DNA of 64,000 bases from assembly GCA_963754875.1 (NCBI GenBank), contig CAVWHO010000016.1, positions 384,001 to 448,000 on the forward strand, written 5' to 3'. This document shows positions 10,503 to 20,191 of this stretch, piece by piece. The stretch's first letter is position 1, and each line of letters begins with the position of its first letter. Both the position numbers and the translations under genes were made by a program. Below the pieces are notes generated by a model, which was given only the letters and a program-made list of their open reading frames with translations, was not told where the DNA came from and did not search any database. Source of the DNA: Nitrospirota bacterium (GTDB lineage Bacteria; Nitrospirota; UBA9217).

Positions 10503-11006
10503 TCTATCAGGCCGTCGATCAGATGAATGATCATCCGCTTTTCTTTCCGGTCGACCTGTTTGATCACCTCACGCGTTGCAGGAACATATACCTCTTTCCT
10601 GCCGCGTTTTACAACGTAGACGTCGTTACTGCCGGTTTCAAAGATGTCCACGATCGATCCGAGTTTTTCGCCGCTTTCGGTAACGACCTCCATGCCCATG
10701 AGCTCGAACCAGTAGTACGTGCCTTCAGGCAGGGAAACGGCCTCTTCTGCGGGGACCTTCAGGAACCATCCATTGAGCGCTTTGGCCTTCTCCGGCGTAT
10801 CGAAAGCCGTCGAACCGTATGTACGGAGCACCGCCTGCATAGCGAACCGTTTGTATTTCGCAGACGGTTTCTTTCCCTGCCGGTGAGACGAGATGAACGC
10901 TTTTGAGCCCCGTAAACCGCTCAGGAAAGTCCGTCATGGGTTCGATTTTCAGCTCACCCTTGACACCGAAAGGTTTTACTATCCTGCCGATGATGATGAG
11001 CATCAA
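10499..11006 (-). CDS. rimM: ribosome maturation factor RimM, split by an apparent +1 base (~10804)
   Basis: N-half (GRIVKPFGVKGELK, 10725-11006) and C-half (YYWFELMG...ETGSNDVYVV, 10499-10840) join after deleting one T in GGCTTTCGAT. Confidence 0.93.
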
Positions 11007-11042
11007 GAACCCACTCTTCGCATGAGCGATCCCTATGCGAAA

Positions 11043-11306
11043 TTACTTCGCCTCGGCGTACTGCTTCATGACACCCACTTTGGAAAGGAGGGTCTTGACC
11101 GTATCGGAGGGGACTGCGCCCTTCTTGAGCCAGCCGAGCGTCTTGTCCTGGTCGACTTTGATCTCCGCCGGTTTCTTGAGCGGGTCGTAGGTCCCGACCA
11201 TCTCGATGAAACGGCCGTCCCGCGGCGAACGCGAATCCGCCACCACCAGCCGGTAGTAAGGCTTCTTGTGGGTCCCCATCCTCTTGAGTCTGATTCTTAC
11301 TGCCAT
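11043..11306 (-). CDS. rpsP: 30S ribosomal protein S16
   Basis: [11 protein letters not shown]...[18 protein letters not shown]. Confidence 0.98.
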   Translation of the reverse strand: MAVRIRLKRMGTHKKPYYRLVVADSRSPRDGRFIEMVGTYDPLKKPAEIKVDQDKTLGWLKKGAVPSDTVKTLLSKVGVMKQYAEAK

Positions 11307-11345
11307 GTCTTCACCTCTCTCTTAAGAAAATACAAAAATCGTTTC

Positions 11346-11417
11346 CCGCAAAGGCGCCAAGTCCGCAAAGGAAAATATTGTCATGCTTTTCTCTGCGTCC
11401 TTCGCGTCTCTGCGAGA
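11346..11417. repeat. imperfect palindrome of 9-bp-period CGCAAAG-like units
   Basis: CGCAAAGG-CGCCAAGT-CCGCAAAG ... CTCTGCGTC-CTTCGCGT-CTCTGCG. Confidence 0.6.
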
Positions 11418-11429
11418 GGAAGATTTAAG

Positions 11430-12764
11430 TTAAAACGGCATCCTTCCGCCGAACATTTTCCCCATTTTCCCCATCTTGCCGCTCGTCATGGACTTCATCA
11501 TCTTTCGCATCTCGGCGAACTGTTTGAGCAGCCGATTCACATCCTGCACCTGCGTGCCGCTCCCTTTCGCGATGCGCGCCCTGCGGCTTCCGTTGATGAT
11601 CGTGTAGTCGGTCCGCTCCCTCGGCGTCATGGAGCTGATGATCGCATCTACCTTCGTCAGTTCCTTCTCGTTCACCTGGGCATCGGGGAGTTTCATCTTG
11701 CCCATCCCGGGGATCATGCCCATGATCTGCTCGACACCGCCCAGCTTTTTCACCTGTTTCAGCTGGCTCCGAAAATCATCCAGGTCGAAGGAATTCTTTT
11801 TGAGCTTCTTCGCAAGCTTGAGCGCTTCTTCCTGGTCTACGGCTTCCTGGGCCTTCTCGATGAGCGACATAACATCGCCCATGCCGAGGATACGCGAGGC
11901 CATGCGGTCCGGGTGAAACGGTTCAAGGGCATCGAGCTTTTCGCCCATGCCCACGAACTTGAGCGGCTTGCCGGTCACGGCCCTGACCGAAAGCGCCGCG
12001 CCGCCGCGGGCGTCGCCGTCGAGCTTCGTCAACACCACCCCGTCAAACCCCAGGTCGGCATTGAACTTCGAGGCGATGTTCACGGCTTCCTGGCCGGTCA
12101 TCGCATCGGCGACAAAGAGGACTTCATGGGGCTTCACCCCGGCCTTGATCTGCCGGAGCTCTTCCATGAGAGGTTCATCGATCTGGAGCCTGCCCGCAGT
12201 ATCAAGGACCACGACTTCGAACAACGACGAGGCAGCCTGTTTTACCGCCTCACGGCAAATGACAACGGGGTCCTGCTCGTCCGTAGCATAGGCATCAACC
12301 CCTACCTGTTTGGCGAGGGTGATGAGTTGCTGGACTGCCGCCGGCCTGCGTGTGTCTGCCGGAACAAGAAGCACGCGCCGTCCGTCTTTTTTAAAATTCC
12401 TTGCAAGCTTGCCCGCCGTGGTCGTCTTCCCCGAGCCCTGCAATCCGACAAGCATGATGACTGTCGGCGGGTTTGGAGAGAGATGAAGCTTGGCTTGGGT
12501 GCCGCCCAAGAGCGCCACAAGTTCTTCGTGGACGATCTTGATGACCTGCTGGCCTGGCGTAAGGCTGGAAAGTATCTCCTGACCTACTGCCCGTTCCTGG
12601 ACTCGGCTGATGAAGTCTTTGACAACCTTAAAGTTGACGTCAGCTTCGAGGAGCGCAAGGCGTACCTCGCGGAGGGCCTCTTTAACGTCATCTTCCTTCA
12701 GGACGCCCCTGCCGCGAAGCTTCTTGAAAACAGACTCTAATTTACCACTTAGGGAATCAAACAT
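11430..12764 (-). CDS. ffh: signal recognition particle protein
   Basis: GLQGSGKTT, DTAGR, TKLDGDARGG and a Met-rich M domain. Confidence 0.98.
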   Translation of the reverse strand: MFDSLSGKLESVFKKLRGRGVLKEDDVKEALREVRLALLEADVNFKVVKDFISRVQERAVGQEILSSLTPGQQVIKIVHEELVALLGGTQAKLHLSPNPPTVIMLVGLQGSGKTTTAGKLARNFKKDGRRVLLVPADTRRPAAVQQLITLAKQVGVDAYATDEQDPVVICREAVKQAASSLFEVVVLDTAGRLQIDEPLMEELRQIKAGVKPHEVLFVADAMTGQEAVNIASKFNADLGFDGVVLTKLDGDARGGAALSVRAVTGKPLKFVGMGEKLDALEPFHPDRMASRILGMGDVMSLIEKAQEAVDQEEALKLAKKLKKNSFDLDDFRSQLKQVKKLGGVEQIMGMIPGMGKMKLPDAQVNEKELTKVDAIISSMTPRERTDYTIINGSRRARIAKGSGTQVQDVNRLLKQFAEMRKMMKSMTSGKMGKMGKMFGGRMPF

Positions 12765-12793
12765 GAAAAGCACCCGCTCGGCAAAGAATATAG

Positions 12794-12822
12794 AATATAT
12801 AAGATAAGTCCATTATTGTCAA
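12794..12822 (-). promoter_or_regulatory. sigma-70 promoter of the ffh operon
   Basis: TTGACA-17 bp-TATATT on the minus strand. Confidence 0.75.
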
Positions 12823-12916
12823 GGATTTTCTCTTCATCATTCACCATTCCCACCCAGCATTCCTGGTTTTGCTAGAAAATTAACTGATTTGACTTGTTTC
12901 ATAGTTTCGATTTTTG

Positions 12917-12945
12917 TTGACTATTGATAAAGCGCATTATATATT
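12917..12945 (+). promoter_or_regulatory. sigma-70 promoter, divergent from ffh
   Basis: TTGACT-17 bp-TATATT; predicted TSS ~12951. Confidence 0.7.
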
Positions 12946-12950
12946 AACTC

Positions 12951-13329
12951 GGCGGGTGGGGCCTCCTTGCGCCTGAGGGATTCGTCATACCGAGAAAAAA
13001 TAAGAATTTCATTGGTACGTGCACTTGAGCCTTCTCCCCTACGTCGGGATGATATGACCAACGCTTTAGCTCAGGCATTATCGGCACTCAATATCCCGAA
13101 TACGAATAAGTTAGTGGGGCCCCTCCTTCAGGAGCCGGGGATTGCAAGTCGAGGGATTCATATTTTTATATATTTTTAAAAATTATACATCTTTCCCGGA
13201 GAGAAAAGCGGTTTAAAAGTGCATAAACGGGATGATTTCGGACAAGATCCCTTATCACGAGTTCTCCATTGATGTCTTTCCTGTACACTTTCCCCTGCCC
13301 TGGACAGCGCGAGCTGCCGGGGTTTTTTT
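12951..13329 (+). ncRNA. candidate structured non-coding RNA of unknown family
   Basis: Strong promoter upstream, a long imperfect hairpin at 12954-13089, a second hairpin at 13120-13140, an intrinsic terminator at the end, and no convincing ORF. Confidence 0.45.
13298..13329 (+). terminator. intrinsic terminator
   Basis: CCCTGGACAGC-GCGA-GCTGCCGGGG followed by T7. Confidence 0.7.
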
Positions 13330-13426
13330 ATTACGAATATTCGTGTCAAGACATACTTTTTTTGGTATAATGCTCCGGGTTAAGCTTCTTTTCGCAAGTC
13401 CAATTCAGCCGAATGAGGAGACATGA

Positions 13427-13885
13427 ATGAAGTACGTTCTGCCGATAACTGTCTACTTCTCCGCCCTGTTTCTGCTCGCAGGATTTCCATCGTGGCTCTG
13501 TTACGCACACGACGAGCCTCACGTTCGCGGATCAGCGCAGCCTCCTGCAACAAATCCCCTTATCGAGGAAATGCTGACCCTGGACAACGCGTTCCGTGAT
13601 ATCGTCTCCGCCGTGGCGTTAGGTGATACGGCTAAAGTGCAGTCAGCGCTCCAGTCCATGACTGGCGCCATGGAAAAGACCCATGAAGGTATGCACACCG
13701 GAACGGTTACCCTCCCCAAAAATGCGTCCCGCAGCAAGGAGTTCATCGAGAGGGACAAAAAATTTCACGAAAAACTCGATGCTCTCGATCGCGCTGCCCG
13801 ACGTAATAATCAGCGAGAAATGCTGCGGATCACAAAGCAGCTCCTTGACGGGTGCGTGCAATGCCATCAGACATTCAGGAAGTAG
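13427..13885 (+). CDS. class II cytochrome c (cytochrome c'-like)
   Basis: Signal peptide, helical body and C-terminal CVQCH. RBS GAGGAG; TGG-TATAAT at 13363-13371. Confidence 0.85.
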   Translation: MKYVLPITVYFSALFLLAGFPSWLCYAHDEPHVRGSAQPPATNPLIEEMLTLDNAFRDIVSAVALGDTAKVQSALQSMTGAMEKTHEGMHTGTVTLPKNASRSKEFIERDKKFHEKLDALDRAARRNNQREMLRITKQLLDGCVQCHQTFRK

Positions 13886-14372
13886 CGGGACATCTGCACC
13901 CTAAGAACCGGTATTTTCTAGGCGATACCCATTCGTTATGAACCATATGCAAAGCAATAGCCCGAAGATAGTTGTCTTCGGGCTATTTTTTTGAGGAAGT
14001 GGAACTCCCTCCAATAACGCGTCCCGCCTGGACCCAGCGTTTACGAGCCTTGCAGCCGTATTTATGGGTGAAAACACGAATGCAGGGTGTGCCCGCGCGA
14101 GTGCAGGGCGCGGCTTACGACGCACTACTACCGGCAGGAAGCCGGAGGATTGCAAGTCGCTGGATTCACTATGATACATTCTGGCGGCGAGAGAATCAGG
14201 ATATGACCCACGCGAACCGACAAAAAAACGGCATTCTGACGGCCCACTCTCAAAGGAGATAAGGAGCGGACCGCCAAAATGCCGATGCGGGGGGCCCGGT
14301 AGTCATGCAGATCAAAATGCATAAAAACTTCAACAAGAGAAAGGACACGTCATCGCCGGGCAATCGTTTTTC

Positions 14373-15240
14373 TCAACACTCCATCACTACATCGTTGAAC
14401 TTTTCCCGTTTGACTTCATTCCCGGACTTGTCACGGTACACCAGTTCGTCCGTATCCAGATCGTATTCCGGAATATCTCGTTCGAACCACTCATTGACAA
14501 AATATTGATAGAAGAGGTCGAAGAGACTGCCGTGTTGATCATGCTTGAGTACATATTCCGGCATTTTCCGGACATTCAGACCTGTGGGGTAATGCTGCAG
14601 GCAGAGATAATCGCCGAGAATGGCCAATTTCACGAGGGGCACATCCGGGCGCAGTTTCAGCCTGATATTTTTCTGGAGCGACTTGAGCCCTTTCAAAAAA
14701 TCAATGCTTCTGATGACCTGCTCCCGTAGACATTTCCGGGGTAATCCCGGGATCGGCGAGACTTCGTGCGCGTGCGGTCACGCCTTCTTTCAGCGGGTCA
14801 AGGAGCATGATCTTTGCTTCGCGGCAATTCCGCAGAACCTCGTGCATTTCACCACCAGGATCACTGAAGGTCCGGAAACCCGTTGAGCCGATCAGCATCA
14901 CGGACCTGCCGAATCCGTGCTCTTCCTTTATTCTCTTCATTCGTCTTTTTCCGAGGAATGACTTTGCTGCTACAACGGACACCAGGCCCGCCGTTTTCGC
15001 CAGGTGAGATAATTTTCTGATCCTCCAGTCCCGTACAACGATGTTTATGAAAATGATCAAGGTGATCGCTGTCGCAATTTCCGTAGAAACGAGAAACAGT
15101 TCTTCGTTTTGGATCAGGGACCAATATTGCAGGACCTTCCGGCTGGCAAACTGAATGATGACGGGAAGCGAAAGAGCGGTTCCGGCGCTGATGACGATGA
15201 CAAACAAATGATAGCCAAGGGTGGGCATGTTCTTCTTCAT
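14373..15240 (-). pseudogene. membrane protein with two N-terminal TM helices and a soluble domain, frameshifted at ~14730 (pseudogene or sequencing error)
   Basis: ORFs 14701-15279 and 14373-14696 join (...PEM/REQVIRSIDFLKGLK...) by removing one base. RBS AAGGAG precedes the ATG at 15240. Confidence 0.6.
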
Positions 15241-15292
15241 GGAGATCTCCTTCCCGAACGAGGTTTGGTCTTTTCGCATTCCCGCACTCCTG

Positions 15293-15652
15293 TCAGGACA
15301 CTACGATCAATGCCGTCACCAGGAACAGAGCGAAATCCGCTCCGGTTGTCGGGCCTGTTTCGGAGACCCGACGACAGAGCGTCGTCACGAGCCGGAGTTC
15401 GTCAGCATTCATAGCTGCTATTTTCGCGAGCGCCTTTTCAGAAACCCGGTGGTTCTCTACTCTGCTTTCTAGTACGCTTCTAATCATGTTCAATTCATCG
15501 GCCTTTTTTACTGAAGAGAGCCCATTTTCCTGTGCTGGTGCATACATCCTGTCGGAACGGCCCATAACCGGGGCTGCGGATACTTCATCGAAAAACGTGA
15601 CACTCAACATGGCGACCAGCAGCATTGTAAAAAATGCGATGAACCAGTTCAT
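15293..15652 (-). CDS. small exported/membrane protein (PA2779-like architecture)
   Basis: Signal peptide, helical middle (KIAAMNADELR) and a hydrophobic C-terminus after GAD. Confidence 0.55.
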   Translation of the reverse strand: MNWFIAFFTMLLVAMLSVTFFDEVSAAPVMGRSDRMYAPAQENGLSSVKKADELNMIRSVLESRVENHRVSEKALAKIAAMNADELRLVTTLCRRVSETGPTTGADFALFLVTALIVVS

Positions 15653-15810
15653 TTCCAGTCTCCTCTCACTCTGCAACGTTTTGTCAAAATACTGCGATTA
15701 ATTTTTCTGATTGCTTTTGCTTTTCAAGATGTTCTTAACAATTCTCTTGTCTCCCCCCTGAAAATGAGCTAAAAGTAGTGTTGATAACACCCTCAAGGGA
15801 GAGCTTGCTC

Positions 15811-17282
15811 ATGTCGAACACGTCGCGTGTTGCTCGTTTTATCATCTGGATCTGTTCCAAGTTCACTCGCGTTGAAATTGAACAGATCGCCGCCGGGTTA
15901 CAGGATGTTCTCCAAAATCGCAATCCGGAAGTGAAACCGAAAGACGATTTTAAAGAGAAGCATCCAAACTACCGGCAGTTCGCGGTCGATCCAAAACCGC
16001 CGCTCACCGAACCGCTGCTCGAAAAAAAACACAAGAAACGAAAGACTACAACCAACTCTTAGCTCAGTACGAAGCGCTTCACGGAAAGCCTCTTGCTGCT
16101 GTAAAGCGCTGGGGCAAGTCTCATGCACTCCCCAAACTGGTTTTTTGCCCCGTCTGCAATGCCCCGCACGACTATCTCTACTACAACGACGGTAAGAAAA
16201 AATCTCAGATCAGGTGCAAGGTCTGTGGTCACTTGTTTCAAGCCGACCAGAGATTCCGTAAAAACGATAAGTCAAAATACTTTTGCCCCTACTGCAACCA
16301 CGCTCTCTTTCGTTGGAAAATGCGGAAAGAGGTTACGCTTTACAAATGCCCCAACGATGACTGCCAGCACCGCGTCCAGGCCATCGCAAAACTTAATCCG
16401 GCTGAGCGTGCATTACAGAAGAAACGAAGCTCGCAGTTCAAGCTCTGCTACCAGTACCGGGAGTATCATTACAAACCCCAAGAGCTTCTTCACTCTGAGC
16501 CCGAAAAGCCGATCGTCGAGCTTACGAAGATCCATAACTCCGAGAACGTCCTCGGCCTGATCCTTGCCTTTTATGTTTCCTTCGCCGTTCCAGCCAGGAA
16601 AACCGCGGCTATTTTGAAGTCCGTCTTCAATATCAAAGTCTCTTATCAGACGGTCCTAAATTATGCGGCAGCCGCAGCGTTTTACTGCCACAGCTACAAT
16701 CTCCAGCGTAAAGGCCCGATCGATTCTATTCAGGCTGGCGATGAAACGTATATCAGGGTCCTGGGGAAGCATCAATACGTCTTTTTCTTCATCTCATCCA
16801 AGAGCCTGAAAATCACCGCCTACCATGTTGCCGATAACCGGGGAACGCAACCAGCAATCATCGCCATGAACGAAGCGATCCGTACCGCAGCTCCCGGTCA
16901 GGAGATTATCCTCGTGACCGACGGCAATCCTTCCTACCCAGCCGGCATCCATTTTCTGAATGCTCAGGAAGGCGATGATCCCGATATCCAGCACCACAAG
17001 GTCATCGGCCTCCAAAACCTCGATGCCGAGTCAACGGAATGGAGGGCGTTTAAACAGCTCATCGAGCGCTTGAATAGGACCTACAAGTATCACGTGAGGC
17101 CTGCGGCCGGTTTCAACAGTAACAACGGCTCCGTGGTCCTGACGACGCTCTTTGTGACCCATTACAACTTTCTCCGCCCTCACATGTCATTGAACTACAA
17201 GCCACCCGTTCAATTGCCGGAGCTCCAGGCCATTACCACGCTTCAGGGCAAATGGGCGAAGATTCTTTCTCTCGCTGCTTAA
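15811..17282 (+). CDS. DDE transposase (IS6/IS240-like) with N-terminal Zn-finger motifs, read through a -1 frameshift at GAAAAAAAAC (16021-16030)
   Basis: The -1 frame is open from the A8 tract (...CPVCNAPHDYLYYN...CKVC...CPYC). Catalytic-type GDETY, VTDGNPSY and IERLNRT motifs. Confidence 0.8.
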
Positions 17283-17371
17283 ACTTTCCGCCTGCTACAT
17301 CTCAAAGAACGATCTCGTTAATGGACTTCTGTTGCCTGCCGCGTCCCATGCCGACGGTCGATCCGCCGCTA

Positions 17372-18578
17372 GTGTAGTGTCTCACAAACGACTGGTGTTA
17401 TCAGCCTTTTTCTTGCGAGAGCGAGGTAATGTGCAGCCTGGCTGAATTTTCTCCAATGTTTGTTTGCAGCGTCCAAGTTTCTTAACGATCGATTCAACGG
17501 TTGCGGTCCATACAAACGGTTTTGGGTCTTTGTTCCAAGCAGCCAAATACTCTTCGATAGCGCTCTTGAGCGCGTCCACGCTGACAAAGACTCCGCGACG
17601 TATTCGTTTTCCCGTCAGTTCTCCGAACCAACGCTCAACAAGGTTCAACCAGCTTGAACTGGTCGGGACGAAGTGGGAAACAAAACGTGGATGCCGTGTT
17701 AACCATCTCTGGACTTTGGGGTGCTTATGCGTGCCATAGTTATCCATCACTATGTGCAGCTGCTTTTCGACCGGGAATTCAGCATCCAGTTGCTTTAAAA
17801 ACTTGAGAAATTCCTGATGGCGATGCCGAGCATAACATTGACCGATCACTTTACCTTGCGCCAATTCGAGCGCAGCAAAAAGGGTTGTCGTGCCGTTACG
17901 CTTATAGTCATGAGTCATGGTACCGCAACGCCCTTTTTTTAAAGGAAGTCCCGGTTGTGTACGATCTAACGCTTGAATCTGGCTTTTCTCATCCACACAC
18001 AGCACTAATGCTTTTTCTGGAGGATTGAGATAGAGCCCGACGACATCGGTAAGCTTTTCCAAGAACCGTGGATCGCGTGACAACTTAAATCCCGTGGTTC
18101 TGTGCGGCTGAATATGATGACTTTGCCAGATCCTATTGATCGTTGCTTTGCTCACGCCCTGCTGTTCAGCCATCGTTCGGCAACTCCAATGGGTGGCTCC
18201 AGCAGGCTTCGTTTGCAGTGTGGCATTAATTATTTTATTAATTTTGGTTGCCGTTAACTCTGGTTTACGTCCGCGACCTGCCGCAACTTCCCAAAGGCAG
18301 TCCGGACCTTCACTACAGAACCGCTGCCTCCATAATGCAGCCGTTTTATAATTGATTTGCATTTGCTTTGCGATGGCCTTGTCTTGTTGGCCATTCGCAG
18401 CGGCTAGAATAATTCGACACCGTTGAGCAACTTGTTGCGGGGTGCGATGAGCCCGCACCCATTGCTCTAGTTCTTGTCGATCAGACTCAGTAAGGTTTAT
18501 GGTTAAAGCGTGTCGTGCCATGAACAGCATCCTATCACAAATCATGACATAACACCAGTTAATTGAGAGACACTACAC
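17372..18578 (-). mobile_element. IS630-family element #1
   Basis: TIRs TAGTGTAGTGTCTC at both ends; TA duplication within CTAG sites (17369, 18578). Confidence 0.93.
17382..18545 (-). CDS. IS630 family transposase
   Basis: HTH; CVDEKSQIQAL, DYKRNGT, MDNYGTHK and SSWLNLVERWF motifs. Confidence 0.95.
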   Translation of the reverse strand: MICDRMLFMARHALTINLTESDRQELEQWVRAHRTPQQVAQRCRIILAAANGQQDKAIAKQMQINYKTAALWRQRFCSEGPDCLWEVAAGRGRKPELTATKINKIINATLQTKPAGATHWSCRTMAEQQGVSKATINRIWQSHHIQPHRTTGFKLSRDPRFLEKLTDVVGLYLNPPEKALVLCVDEKSQIQALDRTQPGLPLKKGRCGTMTHDYKRNGTTTLFAALELAQGKVIGQCYARHRHQEFLKFLKQLDAEFPVEKQLHIVMDNYGTHKHPKVQRWLTRHPRFVSHFVPTSSSWLNLVERWFGELTGKRIRRGVFVSVDALKSAIEEYLAAWNKDPKPFVWTATVESIVKKLGRCKQTLEKIQPGCTLPRSRKKKADNTSRL

Positions 18579-18580
18579 TA

Positions 18581-19741
18581 GTATTGCAACAAGTTAATTA
18601 CGAAACATAATGACGAGATAGCTTCTGATCAGCATCTTGTCGCGTGAATCTCCAATCTATTGTTGATCGGGCTTGATTGCGACGGTCACTCCACGCGACA
18701 ATTTCCGCCCGAAGGGTTTGTTCGTTTGGCAATCGACACCCAGTACATTGTCGATCCATGATTCCGATTTCAATTTCGGCCATATTGAGCCAACTGGCAT
18801 GCTTGGGAGTGTAATGAAATTCTACCCTGTCCAACAATTGGGTCGCTCGTTTAACACCCAATACTTCTTCAAAACTGCTGCGGAAATGAGTATTAAGATT
18901 ATCCAGCACCAGATGAATCTTCTGCGCTCTTGCATAGACTTTTTTCACCAAATGACTGATGAACTGCACAAAATCACTCTTTGTGCGATGGGCTGTTACT
19001 TCCGCCTGCCTGTGTCCGCCCTTAGGTTCAATCGCCATGAAAATGTTACGGGTACCAGCACGCTTATACTCGTAATCTTCTTTGGTCGGATTTCCCGGGC
19101 TGGCTGGAATCGGTGCCCGTGGTTGTTCCAAAAGTTGCTTGCTCTTTTCGTCTACGCAGACCACCGGCTCGTTCTCCTGATAAGGTCTTGCGTAAAGATC
19201 CAGCAAATCATACATCCTTTGGCGATATTCCGTGGTCAATTTACCAATGCACCACATCAACCTGCGCCAGGGTTTGCAGTCGTTTTTTTTAGAAAGAGAC
19301 GAATGCTTTCACGACTAATATTTTTAAGTTTCGGTCGCCGTCTCGCTGCTTTGGTCAACAAGTCGATTGTCCAGCGCTTGGCGCCCTTCGGAGGTGCGCT
19401 ACAGGCCAAAGCCACGACCTCGGCCTGCTGATCGGTTCCATATAGTATCGGTTGCCCAGGCCGCTCGACATCATGCAAAGCATAAGCCAAGCCTTTTTCC
19501 AGGTAGGCAGAGCGGGTGCGCCAAATGGCGGTTCGACCAACACCCAGAACTAACATGATTTGCTTTTCAGGTACGTTTTGGTCTAAAGCCGATAATATAT
19601 GTGCGCGATTGAATTCTCTGGCCATATGCTGCCCCTTGGCACGAAATGGCTTTAGAGTGGCTCGATCTTCTTCGGTAAGTTGCATTTTAACTTGTCTCAT
19701 GAAGTATAGTATAATGTTTCGTTATTAATTTGTCAAGATAC
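18581..19741 (-). mobile_element. IS630-family element #2 (two ORFs, programmed frameshift)
   Basis: Imperfect ~30-bp TIRs (GTATTGCAACAAGTTAATTACGAAACAT / GTATCTTGACAAATTAATAACGAAACAT); CTAG at both ends. Confidence 0.9.
18598..19700 (-). CDS. IS630 transposase, orfA (19257-19700) + orfB (18598-19260) joined at an A-tract slippery site ~19283-19290
   Basis: OrfA HTH ends ...LFLKK; orfB has VDEKSKQL, YEYKRAGT, LDNLNTH and HASWLNMAEIE. Confidence 0.92.
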
Positions 19742-19884
19742 TAGATGATCTGGCTCCCCGTCGCTAACCTTATCCGTCGATCATTTCATAGGGTCTACTC
19801 TCATTTTCATGAAAGTTTTGACACTATCCTCTGCAACATTCTGAAGTTACGCTGAAGTTACGCATTTTTCTTTGTTACTGTGAT

Positions 19885-19900
19885 AGCAATACGAATGCCA
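19885..19900 (-). promoter_or_regulatory. sigma-54 (-24/-12) promoter
   Basis: TGGCAT-TCGTA-TTGCT on the minus strand. Confidence 0.8.
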
Positions 19901-19988
19901 GAGATGGGAGGGAGCCGTCATGCCGTTGATTTCATGTAATAATTATCCCACCTGTTATGATTGTGCAATTGCACGACCTTGCGTTTTT

Positions 19989-20087
19989 TGTATGATTTCG
20001 CCTACGGTAAATTTTTTTTTACGCAGAGATGGGGAGAAATAAGGCCTTAATAACATTTAGTTGTGCACATGTATGAAAAAGCATACA
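19989..20087. promoter_or_regulatory. two putative enhancer (UAS) sites for the adjacent sigma-54 activator
   Basis: Palindrome TGTATG-N6-CATACA (20070-20087) and an imperfect copy TGTATG-N6-CCTACG (19989-20006). Confidence 0.6.
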
Positions 20088-20191
20088 GCATAAGAGAATA
20101 GCGAGCGTTTGTACACTTAAGGCTTGTGACCAGATCGAACGGGTAAAACAGATCTTCCGGAACGTGGCGAAGAGGTGGGGGGAGGAGTTTT

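Larger units (their letters stand above)
15678..19828 (+). mobile_element. IS6-like insertion sequence carrying two nested IS630 elements
   Basis: Flanked by direct repeat CTCTGCAAC (15669-15677, 19829-19837). Ends share an inverted TGTCAAAA core (15682-15689 / 19817-19824). Confidence 0.75.

Noticed and set aside
10893..12740. 615-aa plus-strand ORF (likewise 6160-7611, 53953-55383, 58905-60593)
   Set aside because: Antisense shadows of ffh, rimO, the EAL gene and sppA caused by GC-rich codon bias; no motifs of their own.
12951..13329. SRP RNA, tmRNA, RNase P RNA or retron msr-msd next to ffh
   Set aside because: No SRP helix with GGAA loop, no tRNA-like ends, no GAGGAAAGUCC and no reverse transcriptase; kept only as an unknown ncRNA.
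13901..14330. Short ORFs between cytochrome c' and the frameshifted gene
   Set aside because: Overlapping on both strands, with no RBS or recognisable motif.
19841..19862. 11-bp tandem duplication CTGAAGTTACG x2
   Set aside because: Only two copies in a UTR; most simply replication slippage.
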